A stretch of DNA of 52,656 bases, counting the filler, from Catajapyx aquilonaris (taxonomy: Eukaryota), in NCBI GenBank assembly GCA_000934665.2. It is 2 parts of 2 records of this genome, joined end to end, with 100 filler letters (N's around TTAATTAATTAA, not from the genome) between each part and the next. Parts side by side here need not be neighbours in the genome. Positions count along the whole stretch, not along the records: positions 1 to 26,275 come from JYFJ02005228.1; positions 26,376 to 52,656 come from JYFJ02005229.1. The stretch is one strand, 5' to 3'. Under the pieces are notes generated by a model. It worked only from the letters and a program-made list of their open reading frames with translations, had not been told where the DNA came from and did no database searches. Below are positions 23,174-37,500 of this stretch, piece after piece. Numbering within the stretch: position 1 is the first letter of the stretch; each line of letters opens with the position of its first letter. The position numbers and the translations under genes are program-made.

Positions 23174-25774
23174 CAGCATCTATGGAGCAAGCGTTCTAAG
23201 TTTCAGACCTCCACAGCCAATATGTTCTAACCTTGCAGCGAATGTTCTTCCTACAAGACAAGTCAATCCCAAATGAAAATAATGTAAAATTATGGACATG
23301 ATCGGTTGGCAGGAAAGGGCAGGACTTCCACTGCAAGGTTAAAACAGATGGGCTATAATATAGCTTTAAAAAGAAGGGTCAGAGAAGGCCCACAGCTTCT
23401 CTCAAATTTATGCTCGGGGCTGTATCTCTTGGATAGGATGGATAGGAAACTAGCACCAATGGGTGGATCAACTAATCCCACACAAAAATGTGGGGAGTGT
23501 CCAGACTTGTACCAGACAGTGGTCTAGACCAGTGGTTCCCAAACTATGGGCCGGGGCCCACCAGTGGGCCGCGAGCTTTATTTTTATTTTTTTTAAACTA
23601 TGAAATAATGATCTTGCGAAATGAGGAGCAAGAGCACAGTACGTAAAAAAAATACATATATTGCAGCTCTCAATAAGGGAGGTGACTCTCACTCAAAAGA
23701 TAGGGTCGAGTCTTTTTTGCCCAGCTGTGACACTTGACAAATTCCCTCAATCCTTCCCATCACCTGAGTTGTGACCTTCTCTGCTCAGCAACAGCTAGAA
23801 AGATTCAGAGTATTCAGAAACAAACACTGGTGATCTTAGCAGGTAGGATTTATTGGACTCATGATAATACAAAGTCTAGCAAACTGGGGGGAGGGGAAAG
23901 AAGGGAATGATACAAGACCGGCTCCTCACCACAAACTGCATTCCCAGCAGGGGTGCCCGCTCAGACTCCTCCTGCCTCGCCCAAGTGAGAGGAGGTTAAG
24001 TGGTAGCTGGCATTTTTCACTTGCTCAGGGTATGACCCTTTCTTAACTTTGCTTTTAAACTTGATTATGCAGTTAACGAGAAAAAATTAGAGCAAGGTAA
24101 CTGACGGCATGCACAAAAGCTTGTGGATAAATAAGAATGAGCAATATGGAACCCACCTCATACATGAAAATGGCTTTTTGGTGGTATACATTCCCTTTGC
24201 GTCAGTACTTTTTTGTTGTTACCTGCCTAATTTTAGTCGTAAACTGCAATATTGCATTAAGTTGTGCTACGAGTGTAACCGACATACTCCACATAAATCA
24301 TACAACTAGATCCAATGGGACTTAACTTGCACTACATAAATAACAAACAAAAGAGACATCAAATATGTTTTGTCATGGGCTTCCATTGGAAGACAGGTGT
24401 GTTAAGAACACTTAAAGCAGGTAATGAAGATCAGTTAATCAGTTATTAGCATTTGTTCCATAACCAGGGACAAGTGCCACTCTGTGCTATCTTTAACTGA
24501 GCTTTAAAACTGGCCCTAATTGTGTTCACACCAGATGTTTACACCATTTCAAACTTGGGTAGGGGTTAACACTTTCTTTCAAAACATATTAAGGCAAATC
24601 AATAAATACTGTCATTCATTTTAAAATCCTTGGAAATGATTGTGGCCCAACTGTTATACAGGAATGAAAGTATTGTGCAGTACAACCAACATGTAACGTT
24701 GCCTGTAAAATAATGTAACAGCACATGAGACCCACGTACTTTTGCCTAGAGGAGAGATATGTATGTGAAGGGCAATAATTATGACCCACCCCCCACCAAG
24801 CCCAATATGATGCATTATCTCCATGCAAGATGGAAATACCAGAAATAACAGTAAATAAAGCCACAGTGATTAAGTACATTTTTACCAGGTAACAATCCAT
24901 GCTGGTCGTACAATGCTACAGTATATGTCAAAAAAAGTTTCGGACAAATGCATCCCAGTGCTGTGCTGATGGTTGTATAGCACCAGGACACATTTTTCCT
25001 AAACCTTTTGCAACATGTAGTGCACAAGGATCGGTAATATTATTCTACAGTCTCAAGTCCATTTTTTTGCAATAATGGTTGGAAAAGGTTCTCCACAGAT
25101 GGGGCATGTGCTAAGTGTGTGAGATTGTCCCATCTCCTGTGAACACAACAGAAGCAAATGCTTTAGAAAAGAAAGCTAGTATGGAAAGATCCCATGGGAC
25201 AGGTGGGAACCTTTTCATCCTGGGTGGCAAGATTGTCCTCTACATACAGGGTGTATGTGAATTCCTCTGCCAAAATGATGCACATGGTAGGGGGTGCGTA
25301 TGGAAGAGGCATGGCATGGGTCCGAAAGCCAGCTAAGCTCACCTCGGAGATGTCAACCTTTGACATTGACCTTGACTTTGACGATATCCTCCTGAGACCT
25401 GAGAAGAATTTTTAACGTAATGTCAGTTCCTATTGCATTTTCTGAACATTTCCCCAATAAGAAACGAGAAAATTTTTAAAATTTTAAAATATCGACAAAA
25501 ACAGTGACAAACAACTAATGAGAACTTAGGATCCAATTGCTGCTTCAAAAGCAGAACGGATGAAAGCAGAAACTTTAAATGCCACTTAATGGATAACTAA
25601 CATAGTGCTCTATCCTCAAAACAATGTTTTTTAAATTCATTTGTGGAATTCGTGGTAGCAATTCCTCTCAGAAGACAATTAAAGATAAATTAAATTATTT
25701 TTGAACGCCACCACTCCAGGCATGGGGCTTGCTCCTTCCCTTCTTACCCTGTAACATGGTACCTCGCTATTCTA

Positions 25775-26275
25775 CGAGGAGTGATCAAAAAGTAAGGTCT
25801 CCAAGGCTGTAACCTTTATTCTGTATGAACACAAATGACGAAACTTACAGGGTACATGAGGACAATGGACATCTACTTTTCTACCTAGTTTCCACAGCGA
25901 AGAACACACTTGTCCCATCGCCAGACCAGTTTCTCAATCCCTTCCCAATAGAAAGGGGTGCCCTGTTGACAGCACCAGTCACACCCAGCCTTCTTCACCT
26001 CATCGTCGCTTCGGAAATGCTGACCTGCAATGTCTGCTTTCAGGGCTCTGAATAAGTGATAGTCTGTGAGGGCTAGGTCGGGACTATAGGGTGTGTGAGG
26101 AAGAACTTCCCAGTCGTATCCATTCAGCAAAGCCATGGTGTCCCTCGATGTGTGCGGACGGGCGTTGTCGTGGAGAAAGATGACCCCAGCAGTGAGCAAT
26201 CATGGTCGTTTCCACCTGATGGCCTTCTGCAACTTCGCCAGGGTCACTGCGCTCCGAATTGATAGTCGCAACTTC
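25775..26275 (-). mobile_element. mariner (DD34D) element, 3' part, truncated by the assembly gap
   Basis: LHDNARPH..WEVLPHTPYSPDLA..DYHLF..RWDKCV; terminus TA|CGAGGAGTGATCAAAAAGT; premature stop just before VEK*. Confidence 0.9.
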
Positions 26276-26375
26276 NNNNNNNNNNNNNNNNNNNNNNNNN
26301 NNNNNNNNNNNNNNNNNNNTTAATTAATTAANNNNNNNNNNNNNNNNNNNNNNNNNNNNNNNNNNNNNNNNNNNN
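26276..26375. other. Assembly gap with six-frame-stop linker TTAATTAATTAA
   Basis: N run with ttaattaattaa at 26320-26331. Confidence 0.95.
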
Positions 26376-26960
26376 GCAAATGAACGGGACAGAACTATAC
26401 GTAATCGGTCGCGAACAGATGCACAAGTGGGTTGCGATGTCACGGCGCACTTGTGAGAGATACATATGATCGCCTCCCTGAAAACCCCGTGACAACACAT
26501 GATCATGGCCAAAAATATACATCGTGCGACATTGGCATTTGAGTTGTCTTGCCAGGCGTACCTCGACTATAAACAGCTAAGCAAGATTTCCGGTGTCTGG
26601 GGGGCCTTTTATCGGCGATATTGTGAAGGGGTGCTTAGCATGAATCATTTCCTTGCTGGAGTCGGTGAGGCGGTCAATAGCTTACGTAACGCGAGGTGTG
26701 ACGATGTGTAGAGACATCTGGCACCTGAGATGTTTGCAGGTTGTGGAAGAATGCACAAGCAGGGTTGTTGATATAATAACATAACGTAATATTTTTGCTT
26801 CGGAAAAATCTCACTCGATTCACGCACCTTGAAAATTGCATCGGGGTTCGCGGCCGTGAAGAAAGATTTATCGATTCTAAGTTACGTAATGGGGAGTGTG
26901 TTTTTTTATAGCTTGATTTGCGTGGATTTGCGCTTTCACGGGCTTGGGTAAAGCGGAAAG
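26376..26960 (+). promoter_or_regulatory. CpG-rich putative NPC1 promoter/5' region
   Basis: CpG-rich island ~1.4 kb before the first identified NPC1 exon; E-box/CLEAR half-sites GTCACG (26439), CGTGAC (26488), CACATGA (26496). Confidence 0.4.
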
Positions 26961-28372
26961 GCAAATTGGTTGTCCAGGTTATAAGTGTATAATTACTTTT
27001 CACATTAATGGGCAAGTGCAGCATTGTTAAAAGTTCAGGACAATTTTACGGGAAGTCTGGGATTGTGTAGCTATATGGACAGCTGGTGTATCAGTTGTGA
27101 CAGATTGTTTCCCTGTGGCCTCTGTTGCATTAATTTATATGACATGAATGGCTATGTATTTATGGGCACCAGTGTATATTTGTTCGCATGCCTTCAGATG
27201 CTTGTACCCCCCNCCTCCCGAAAATCCTACTGTTTGTACGTCAGTCTGGGCCGTGAAGGTTTTTAGACGTACTGATAGTTATGTAATAATGGAAAAGCAG
27301 CTACTTGCTGTAAGGAAAATATGTTTTTTTTTTTTTCGTTTTTTCCTGCCCTTTACAGGCTGCAGGGCATTACGATTTCAAGCATATGCTGTATTAGGGC
27401 TGGAAAAAGAAAATCCAAGAACACATGGTTGGATGTTTGTTTCAGGATGATAAGTGCAGTGTTGCATTGCAAGATAAACATGCTTTATAATCTGGCAGGA
27501 GATACTGAAGGTCCATGCAGTTGTTGTGAATTTGACAACAAAATTAGTGGTTTGTGCAAAGTTTAATGGTGGTAGCAGGGCCCTGGTGGTAGCCCCTAAG
27601 TAAGACCGTAGTATAGCATTTCAACAATGAATTTTTTCAACTTCTTGTTGTCGTTACGTTTTTTTTTTTCCATTTGCCCTAACTCAGATTGGGCTGCAGG
27701 TCGAGTTTCCAAATTTTGAACACAGATCCCACTGTCATGAAGTGATTTCCACCCATTTATAGCTAAACTGAATTCCTCTTCAAATCACACATGCAAGCGA
27801 AGCCTGAAAGAGTTGATTGTTCATGTAGGCACAAAATTTGTTTTACCCGTGTGCATTGATTCCATAGTGTGTCATTACAGATTACATTTTCTGTAAAAGG
27901 AGAGTCAGTATTGAGAAAGTTGCCATGGCATTTTTGTCTCGCCTTAGCATGCTTTCATGTGGATATAGGTATGTGATGATTATATTGTACCCCAGACGAG
28001 CGAGAGGAAAATGTGTATAAAATGCAGTTAACTCATATCTGTGGTGTTTAGTTATAATCTGGTGTCCTATTTCTGCTGCTAATGAGGTATTCCTACTGTT
28101 GCTTTCTATGCAGAAAACTTTGTCAAATGCTATTGTTGCATTTTTTGTTGTAATTTAGATGCCATTCATTACCTTTTGTGTTATTTGGTCAAGTGCAAAA
28201 CAATAACTTGTATACTGCTTCCCTTGGGGAATTGTTTGTCATGTCACATGTGAAAGTGACATTTGAAGTGGGTTTTGAAATTGGCTGTTTAACGTATGAT
28301 AGTGGGCAAAGAATTGAGTCTACTTCTGGGTTAAGATATAGCAGTGACTAAATGCTACATTTTTCTTTGCAG

Positions 28373-28511
28373 GTGATGGGTGATAATCAATGTGTGATGT
28401 ATGATACGTGTGGAATGACCCCATGTGTAGACACCTCGCCTCCAAGGCTTCTGGATGGGCATTTAGAGGATGTTCTGAGGGCAATGTGTCCTGAACTTGT
28501 GCAAGAACAAG
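28373..28511 (+). CDS. NPC1: NPC1 exon, start of N-terminal domain (CVMYDTC..CPEL)
   Basis: ttgcag|GTG...G|gtaatt; Cys pattern matches the start of the NPC1 NTD. Confidence 0.85.
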
Positions 28512-31500
28512 GTAATTAAGTGAAACTGCAAATGGATAGAATAATTGGTTATGTATTGTTTGAGTGGCGCCCCACAGTTGTTTGTTTTATGATATGTACT
28601 GTTTATTATTGACGGTGGCACTTCATTTCTTCACAATGGTGAGATTTTAATGAATTGTTGTCCTTCATACACAGCTACACTTAAGAGAGAGTTGTCCTAG
28701 TTTTTGAGTTCCCAATATTTTGGATTATCTCTATTCCATGTAAGAAGAAACTAGGCACCAACTTGCCAAAATTTGGCAAAAAAATTAAGCAAAATTGCGA
28801 AAGTGGAGAGGGATGGAGAGAGAGAGAGGTGGGGGGAGGGAGAAGGAGGGAGGTGGGGGGAGGGAGAGAGAGAGACGCGCGGACCAGGCAACAACATCCA
28901 ATGGCGAAGTACCGAAGTAAGATGGTGTGGAGGTAGTGCCCGCGGCCGGAACTGCATTTAGGGGAACTCCGTGGTGGTTGGTTTTTTTAGGCGGTCAGCC
29001 ACCACAGTAGGGTATTAATAATATAGATGGCTTTAAAAAAAATTGTCAGCCAAGCATTGATAAGTGGGATTTTCACATGCTTATTTGTGCATGCTTGTAG
29101 TGCCCACATTGTCTTGTAGTAAGTAACTTGAAACTGATACAGAGTTTCTCTGGAAGTTCTAATGATTATTTATTCATTGTCCAGGAGGCCGCAATCTGAA
29201 GGTGTGCTGTGCCCAGTCTCAGATTGAGGCTCTGCAGAACAACTTAGCCATACCTCAAGGCCTTCTCTCTCGCTGTCCGGCATGCTACCAGAATCTCAGG
29301 CTGTCCCTGTGCAAGCTGATTTGCAGTCCTGACCAGGACCGCTTTCTAAAAGTTGCAGCCTCCAAGAAGGATGACAAGGGTCATCATGTCACAGATCTGG
29401 ACTGCTACATTGGGGAGTCATATGTTGAAGGAACATACCGCTCCTGCAAGAATGTGATAATGAGTTCCACAAATGGTCCTGCTATGGATCTATTTTGTGG
29501 ACCTTGGGGAGCTTATAGGTGCAATGCCCATCGCTGGTTTGATTACATGGGATCTATCAAGAATGGATTCTCGCCATTCAACATCCGATACCTGTATGGG
29601 GATGAAGCAAAGGGGAAGATTCAGCCTATGAACCCATCTGTCACTCCTTGCAGTCAACCTTTGGAGGTAAATGCTGCATCCAAGAGCACAAAAGGAGTCG
29701 CAGGATTTATTTGAACAATTCTATAATAGAACATGAATTTCTCTAGAGAATTTAAAAAAAAAACCTGTGTAGATTGTGACCTGTTACACACTATACATAG
29801 TAGTATTTAAATGAATACAGTTGTCGTGCATTCCTATGACTATTTAAATGATAGCTTGGATAGCATTTTTTAAATGAATAGAACTGATCATTTGAATATA
29901 TCATAATTGTATCAGTTTTGCAAAAATTATACAAAGTGTTGCAACTGCTACAGGTCTCTGTCGACACTCGTTAGCAAATTATTTTTTTGGCTCAATGTGC
30001 CCTTTTAACTTTCAAGAAGGTACTTCGGAATAGTTGTAATATCACCATATTGTTGATATTAATTAAGTACAACCTGGCTATAACATACCTAGAGAGCAAC
30101 AGAAACTTGTCTGTTATTGAATGCTTGTTTGATCCCAGGCTCCCAGCACTGGATTCTCCAAGTATTTCTGTGACATTTAACTAGACCTGTTCAGGATGGA
30201 CATAAGTTTCAGATTGGAATGATGCAAGTAGATAAGTGACAGTATTTGCTTGGATGTGATAATTTCTTGAAAGTTATAAATTCAAATGAATTTCCATGCT
30301 TAAGGCCATTTTGACCTTTTGACATCCAATGTTGAGTCAATTTTGCAAACTGGTTAAATAGGAATTAGCTTACTGTTAGTATTATTATTAAAATGATCAT
30401 TTCATTTGGAACACACTTTATCCTGATAAAATGGTGCTCTTTTGTAACCTAAGTGCCACAATGTGTATACCACTTGTGTTGCAGAACTCAACTCATGGCT
30501 GCAGCTGTGTGGACTGCCAGGACAGTTGTCCAGTGGCTCCACCATTGCCTCCTCTCCCTGAAGAATGGAGGATTCTGGGTGTGGATGGACTCACTTTTAT
30601 CATGGCTGGAGTGTTTGTTGTGGGTGTCATTCTGTTTGTCATCTTTCTGCTGCTGAGCCGCAAGGAAAGGACTAGATTGGGTGAGTATTCTAATAAATCT
30701 CTGCAAAAATTGCCTGAATACTAATGCATTTGTGTTACAGTCACAGTCTCTTAAGTGTTGTATTAAGAAATATGTTGTTGCTAAATTCCCTAGCAGTAAT
30801 ACAAGTATACTAGTATGTTGCTGTAAAAAGCTTGTGAAGCACTTCTGTTTGGAAGGCCACTGGTTCAAAGGATTTGTGGGATTGTAATGCTGGTTCACTG
30901 GTTGTATAGCACCGTATGTAATCATTTATGGCAGTTCATGGTGTGGGTCATTGCCTGAGATATACATAATATAGTTTTGTTGGATGTAGCTATTGCAGTG
31001 ACATTTTACTGAAATGTTTAACTGGTGAGCTCAGCCACTTGTAGCTCATACTAGCAATTCTGGCTGTGGAAAGTAAGAAAGCTGTGGCTGAAGGGACAAT
31101 TGATCATGTCAAGTGAATTTTCGTACGTGATTGTTATATATTCTCTGGAAGTTATCACTTATTACAGATGACCAATATTCATAGTGGCCACATCAAGGTG
31201 ATTTAAACGGATACGGTTATGACAATGACCAAGAAATTTGTCAATCACATACATTTATAATAAAAAATACGTCGCGACATTTCATGCATGCAATGAGGAG
31301 CGTGGTGAAAAAAGGTGATAACCATCATTTTTGTCATTTTTGACCTAAACACCTAGAAACTATGTAAAAGACATGACAAACAGTTTGGTATACTCCAAGT
31401 TCACATATTATCTCACAGACTAGATCAAAACCCGTATTCCCTATGATTTGTGAAGAGAATGCAAACGTCAATTCACTCTCCTGAAAAATTACGCTTTTGT

Positions 31501-34500
31501 GGGTTATCACCTTTTCCCACCACACCCCTGAAATGTAGGCTAAGAGGAAAAGATTATTATGGTACTGAATATACTGTAGTTGATAAAGAGTTTTGTATGG
31601 TTATGGATTGCAATTGAAAAAGGACTGTGTTTTACAGTGAAACCTCTGTGTAGTGGATTCACCCTGCCCTGGAAAAATTTTAAAGACAAGTTTTCCCTAC
31701 ATTGGATAATACTAAATTTTGAAAAGAATTTAAAAGTAATAAACATCTCTCTCAATTGATGCCCCTGAATCCATTATTCAGAGCCTGTCTCGGGAGGCAG
31801 GTCCAAGTTGTCATGCTCCGAAATTGAAGAGGTTTTTTTTTGCCATTTTTGGCATTTTAAGTCACGAAGTTGTTCCACAGATTTTTTGTTAATGCCAGAC
31901 ATTTTTAATGTACGTTCGATTTTACTCATGTGGGAGCTATGTAAGTCAGGGACTGCCTGGCATCCTCATTTCCATATTCATTTTCATGTGTTTTAACCAC
32001 ACTGCAGCTGGTTTTGTATGGATGCTTATTTAATGGCATTTCAAATTACTTAAGTTAGTCATTGCTATTCTTCATGATCAGTTATTATTGTTGGTGATAA
32101 TCAAACCTCACATGTCAATGTGTGACTGAAAGTCATTTTGTCAAGGTAGACTGCATATTGATACTATGGATGGTAGTTGAGTGGGGCTGGAATTTGTTAC
32201 AGGAATCCAGGCTGTCAGTGATACTCCTTAACATGTTAATCTTTGAGATGTGTTAATGATTTTCCTTCCAGGCTTTAATAATCTATGAATGAAGTTGTAG
32301 ATAATGTCACTGTCTGAGGATTAGTGGCAGCATCTCTGGTGCTGACTGTCGTTTGGCAAGGATCAAAAACAACCAAATCCGAATTCTTTTGCAGCATATG
32401 CAATGAATTCAAATCGTGCCGAAGCGATAAAGCAAGCAGTGGGTCGTCGACTGGCAGGCTTGAACCAATCCCAGTTGATGGTTGATGAGGTGGAGGAGGA
32501 AGTCAGCCCCCTCCATGGTTCCTCCAGTATGTTTGCCTTTGCAACCCCCACACACTTTTTCTTCATTTTGTTTGCTTGCTTTGTGTGCAATCAAGTGAAA
32601 GGTACAGTGCTTTTGGGAAGGAAATAGGTTGGCTTTTATTTTGGAATGCAGAGAGATTGATTGGGTGTGCCAGATGTTGGTTTCTGCACTGCCAATTTGA
32701 CTCACCTGCCTCTTTGCTTTTCTGTGGTTCTTCTTGGAAGCAGTGTCATAAATGCAGAAGATAAATTGGGAATTTTAAAACAATAATAATAATATGCAAG
32801 ATATAGAATTTCATTTACAAGAGAGATAGAGAAGTCCTTGTTATATCTCATGGTGTATTATGTTTAAAAAGTTGCAGGGAAAAATCATGCTGTATATTTT
32901 GGAATTGAACCAGATTCATATCAATGGAAATGTCGTGTTCTCAAGTTTGGCATGGAATCACACGTACTTTTGGAAAGTCCATTAATGAACATTCTGATCA
33001 TGACTAACTCACTGTCACTATTGAAGGTGAGGCGACATTAGTACTGATAATGATAATGAACTAAATTATGTAACATTAGTATGGTGAAGGATGCATACAC
33101 ATTTTAGAAACCATTACATATCAGTAGTACAGTACATTACTAAGGCCTGACTATTAACTCATGTTTAGAAGAAAATGCCTGATTACGTAGTGAATACCTA
33201 TGTACAACTGGATAATTTTTTCTTCGTTTGAATTATACAATTGGGCTGAGGCGTTACAATCCTAAACTCTTGTTAGACTGAATTTAGGTGTGACATTAAT
33301 ATTGGCATTGACACAAGGTTATCCAGACTGGATTAGAACTGCTGATAATATGTCACCAAGTGGATTAGTAACTTGTCACTAGGCTTGCCTTGACATGAAG
33401 ACAGTTATTGTCAGTGTGAGATTGATTGCTGAGATCCCATCATCAAAGCAGTCACATGTGAAAATAACTTAGTACCAAACTGATTAATTCAATTAGGATC
33501 AAAGCCTTCAGTTGCATGAAGGCTCACCAACTTAGGATCACAATATCTTTTGAAGTGGAATGATGAAAGTCTGTGTGACCTCGACACAAATTTTGGGTTT
33601 TAAACTTGTAAATCTTGCAGCATACCATGATAATGAAAGAGAGATAACAAGGGCTCCCTGAAGCATACTTCATAAGCAATTGAATAATTTCGAAGGAAAC
33701 CTATTGTTTGAACCCATTTGCATTTCCATTGATCAGCATGATGGATTTCTCATGACTTAAGCATATGCCATGTTTCTTAATTAAGCTTACATTGGTATCA
33801 GCTTTAATACGAGGGGGAGAGAAGAAAGGGAGTAAGTGGTTCACAGATAGAAGTGCATGTTTGCTTCTTTCAACCAACTCAAATTAGTAGGCTCAGCAAC
33901 ACCACCTTGATGCATGAGTTTCCGTAACCTATACAAATGTAAGCTTAATTATGAAACACATGGTGTAAGTTATTTACTTCAAGTTATAAAATAATGTGTG
34001 TTATGCATCCCGAAAGTCAACACATATATGTGTTATTGGAAATATTTCAAGTTCTCACCTCTCAGTCCTGGATGAGAAACAACCACAAGTGAAATTTTTA
34101 AGAGGGGGCACACTTAAGATCTTCACTGATAACAGAACTGAGCTCATTTATGGAAAATTACTACATATAATAACATGCATTGGGTGATGCCACCTTCCCA
34201 GATCATGTGCTAATTGCATAACAAATGGAATTATTATGGCATCAAAACAAGATTCACTTGAGTAAATTTTTGTCCATGAGCCATTTCAGTTCAAGTTATC
34301 AAGTGACAACAATGGTATGATTGCACATGGCATGTGTGGGTGTCAAATTAATTGACAACTTATAGAATGGCCACCTGATGTAGCTTCTCAATGCATGCCT
34401 AGTTGTGTGAAGTTTTATGCATGGTTTTTCATGGGGTGTTTATTCAGTCTCAAACTCAGAAGAACATAACTGAATGCATATTTGCAATATTGACTAGCAT

Positions 34501-37500
34501 TTTTGCATGACTCCTGAGTACTACATGTAATTTGTGACCTTACCACTACTCACACTGCTATCAACATATTCACATTCTGCCAAGACACATTAGATTGTAC
34601 AGTATTGTGCACTGTAGGCACATCACATCCACAGGGATTGTGTATTAACTGTGTTTCTGCAAGATAGCAAGGAGCAATGTGTCTATGCTCACTCAAATAT
34701 TAATCACGCTTTACTTTTCTGCTTTATCTGCTTCCTTACACCTGCCTTCTGAAAATCATGACAGCACAGAAGTCATCGGACATTACAATCCTGCCAGCTC
34801 ACTGAAGAAATCAGCCTTATTGCTTATTGCATTTCCTTATTCTTCTTCCCCCATTAAAGCAAACTGTTACCATTTGTGCAGACACTTCGTGGAAGTCACA
34901 ACTGCTGTGAACCACCCTTCACCCTTTAACTGTACTTGACCCCTTGCTGTAGTCAAAAAAGAAAACAAACCAACATCCCGTTACAGGACTGGGATGAAGC
35001 CATGTGGACTAGCAGTCTGAACAACACGAGACGAAATTCAGACTCATGTTCCCATTTTGTTTTATATTTTACCTTGATTGTTCTTATAATTAATAATAAT
35101 TTAGTTGTGTTTTAGTTTTTGAGTGTATTTTGTTATACACTTGTGCCAGTCATTTGTTTGGTGATGGTTGTTGTGAATTTTGTTGTTTCAGTAGGATAGG
35201 TACTTAACATTAATGACATTAACACCATTTATAAACAGAATATTTTCACACTTTACTTTACCCGTGCTTCTTGTAATGCAACTTTGCTTTCATTTGATCA
35301 GCTTTGCTGCTTTTATTTTGCAATATTAAAAGTATTAAATGAAGCTGGTCAATGTAAGATTGTGTACCTTAGATTCCAAAAATGAGTTTGGGACTGAATT
35401 ATGCCCAGAAATGTTAAAAGCAATGTGCCTCATGGAAAAGAAATCACCTTATATCCATTATTTGTGATAATTTTGTGGATGCTCGTGAATTAAATAGGCA
35501 CTTTTTCACCGGCCAAGTAAGAGCCAGGAAGAGAAGTGCAGATGCAATGCCTTCCCATGTCCATTTGCCTTGCAATCAGGGAGTGAACGTGAAGCAGGAG
35601 TGTCTCATGAAATTTTCTCAGATAAAGGTGTGAGCTGATTTTTTTCCATGTGGTATGATGATATACTGTGATTGTTGGGGAGAGAATTATATGCTGAACA
35701 ATGCTTGCATAGCAGTAATTTATTAGTAATTCTAGCTAATCCAGTCGCATGTTTGCCTGCTGTGTTGTTAACATACAATTTCTTGGCACAAGTATTATCT
35801 ACGTGTGTGCTAAGTGCGGATTATTCGTAATCTGGTGCTTGCCTCCACAGGCAACCAAGAGAGCAGAGTTGGATCTGTTTCTACTACATCACTTCAGGAG
35901 GATGAACGTAATTCATGCCTTAAGCGACTCGGAGAATGGACTGAAAAGGTTTTACAGAAGGGCTTCACCCACTTAGGCACATGTGAGTTTATTATCCGAG
36001 CCTATACATGCACAAGTCTTTATATTAATTTAAAGATATATGGTTGGCAATTAATGTGTATGAACATCCCATTCTCTTATGCAGTTTGTGCCCGGAAACC
36101 AATACATGTGCTGGTCATTGGCCTGGCTGTGGCAGGAGGATTGTGCTATGGAATACGCTTCATGAAAGTGACCACTGATCCTGTAGAACTTTGGGCTGAT
36201 CCAAAGAGTCGCTCCCGAATTGAACGAGAATATTTTGACAAGAACTTTGAGCCATTTTACCGTACTGAGATGATCATAATCAAGGCTGTTGGGTTAGATA
36301 ATGTCACCCACAACACTACAGAAGGAATTCAAACTTTTGGTCCTGTCTTCAATAAAGAATTTCTTATGGAAGTCTATAAATTGCAAGACTACTTGGCCCA
36401 TGAGGTGCGTATCTTGTTGTAGTGCATGACTTTTACCCAAATACTTCAGTTTTATTATGAAGAAGAATGACTAATCCCATCTTTTGCAGCTTCAAGGGGA
36501 GAATAATGAAACACTCTCAGACATATGCTTCAAGCCTCTTTATCCAGATATTGACCACTGTACCATTATGAGTGCCTGGGGATATTGGCAGAACAATTTG
36601 GAAACCTTTGAGGAGGAACGAGAAGTTGAAGGATACATTTATAATTATTTGGACCATTTCAAGTTTTGTGCCAGGTGTGTTGTTTGGAAGAATGGTATAT
36701 AAATCATGCTTGATTTTTTGACGAACATTATGAATAATTAAGTATTGTCAAATCATACTGTTAGAATACAAGTTAATAAGCAGCACTAAAGCAGTTGACT
36801 TCATGCTGACTTTTGACACCTATTGGAAAATCAATGATGTATTGAGGCCTTTACTGTGAAAAAAAGGCAACTCTGTTGATCTTAAAACTTTAATGAAAAT
36901 TACCAAGCTGCTAGATATTACTGTAAGGGGCAGAGGGTGCTTGAAGTGTATCCCTCCATTCTGCATGAAAAATTGAAAGATTTGGTGTGTTAAAAGAATA
37001 GTATTATGAAGCAATAAATAATGATCCATGACAGTAGTCTGTAAGAAAGTGCATGAGAGGATGAAGTCAGTAAAAGCTAGACTATTGCAACATCTTGTAG
37101 TGATTGTTGTAGTTTAAACTTTGTCACGTGAATGCTACTATACAGTATAATGAGCTTAATTTTTGCATAGCAATCCGACAGCCATTCAAGATGCTGTAGA
37201 ACTTCATCAGAGCTGCCTAGGTGAATATGGTGGGCCAATTGATCCAGCAGTAGCTCTGGGAGGGTTTTTGAAGCCTGGAGAGACATTGGAAGGAGCACCA
37301 AATTATCAGCTGGCCAATGCCCTTGTTATAACATTTGTGGTAAACAACCACTACAACAAGACCCTCCTCAAACCTGCACTCAGTTGGGAAAAAGCGTAAG
37401 TTTCCATACCTTGAGCTTTTCATGTGCTGTCAGTAAGCTAAAAAGGAAGCTCATAATAATTTTTATATTCCTATTTATAGGTTCATCAGTTACATGAAAG

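Noticed and set aside
23530..23580. hAT left end CAGTGGTTCCCAAACT (similarly 41170)
   Set aside because: No matching right TIR or TSD found; fragment only.
26276..26375. TTAATTAATTAA palindrome within Ns
   Set aside because: Artificial scaffold linker with stops in all six frames; adjacency across it is not guaranteed.
27925..28086. Candidate NPC1 signal-peptide exons
   Set aside because: Wrong phase (27925-27968) or no in-frame ATG (28021-28086).
30488..30925. Antisense and alternative-frame ORFs over NPC1 and Merlin exons
   Set aside because: Shadow ORFs of real coding exons with no independent evidence.
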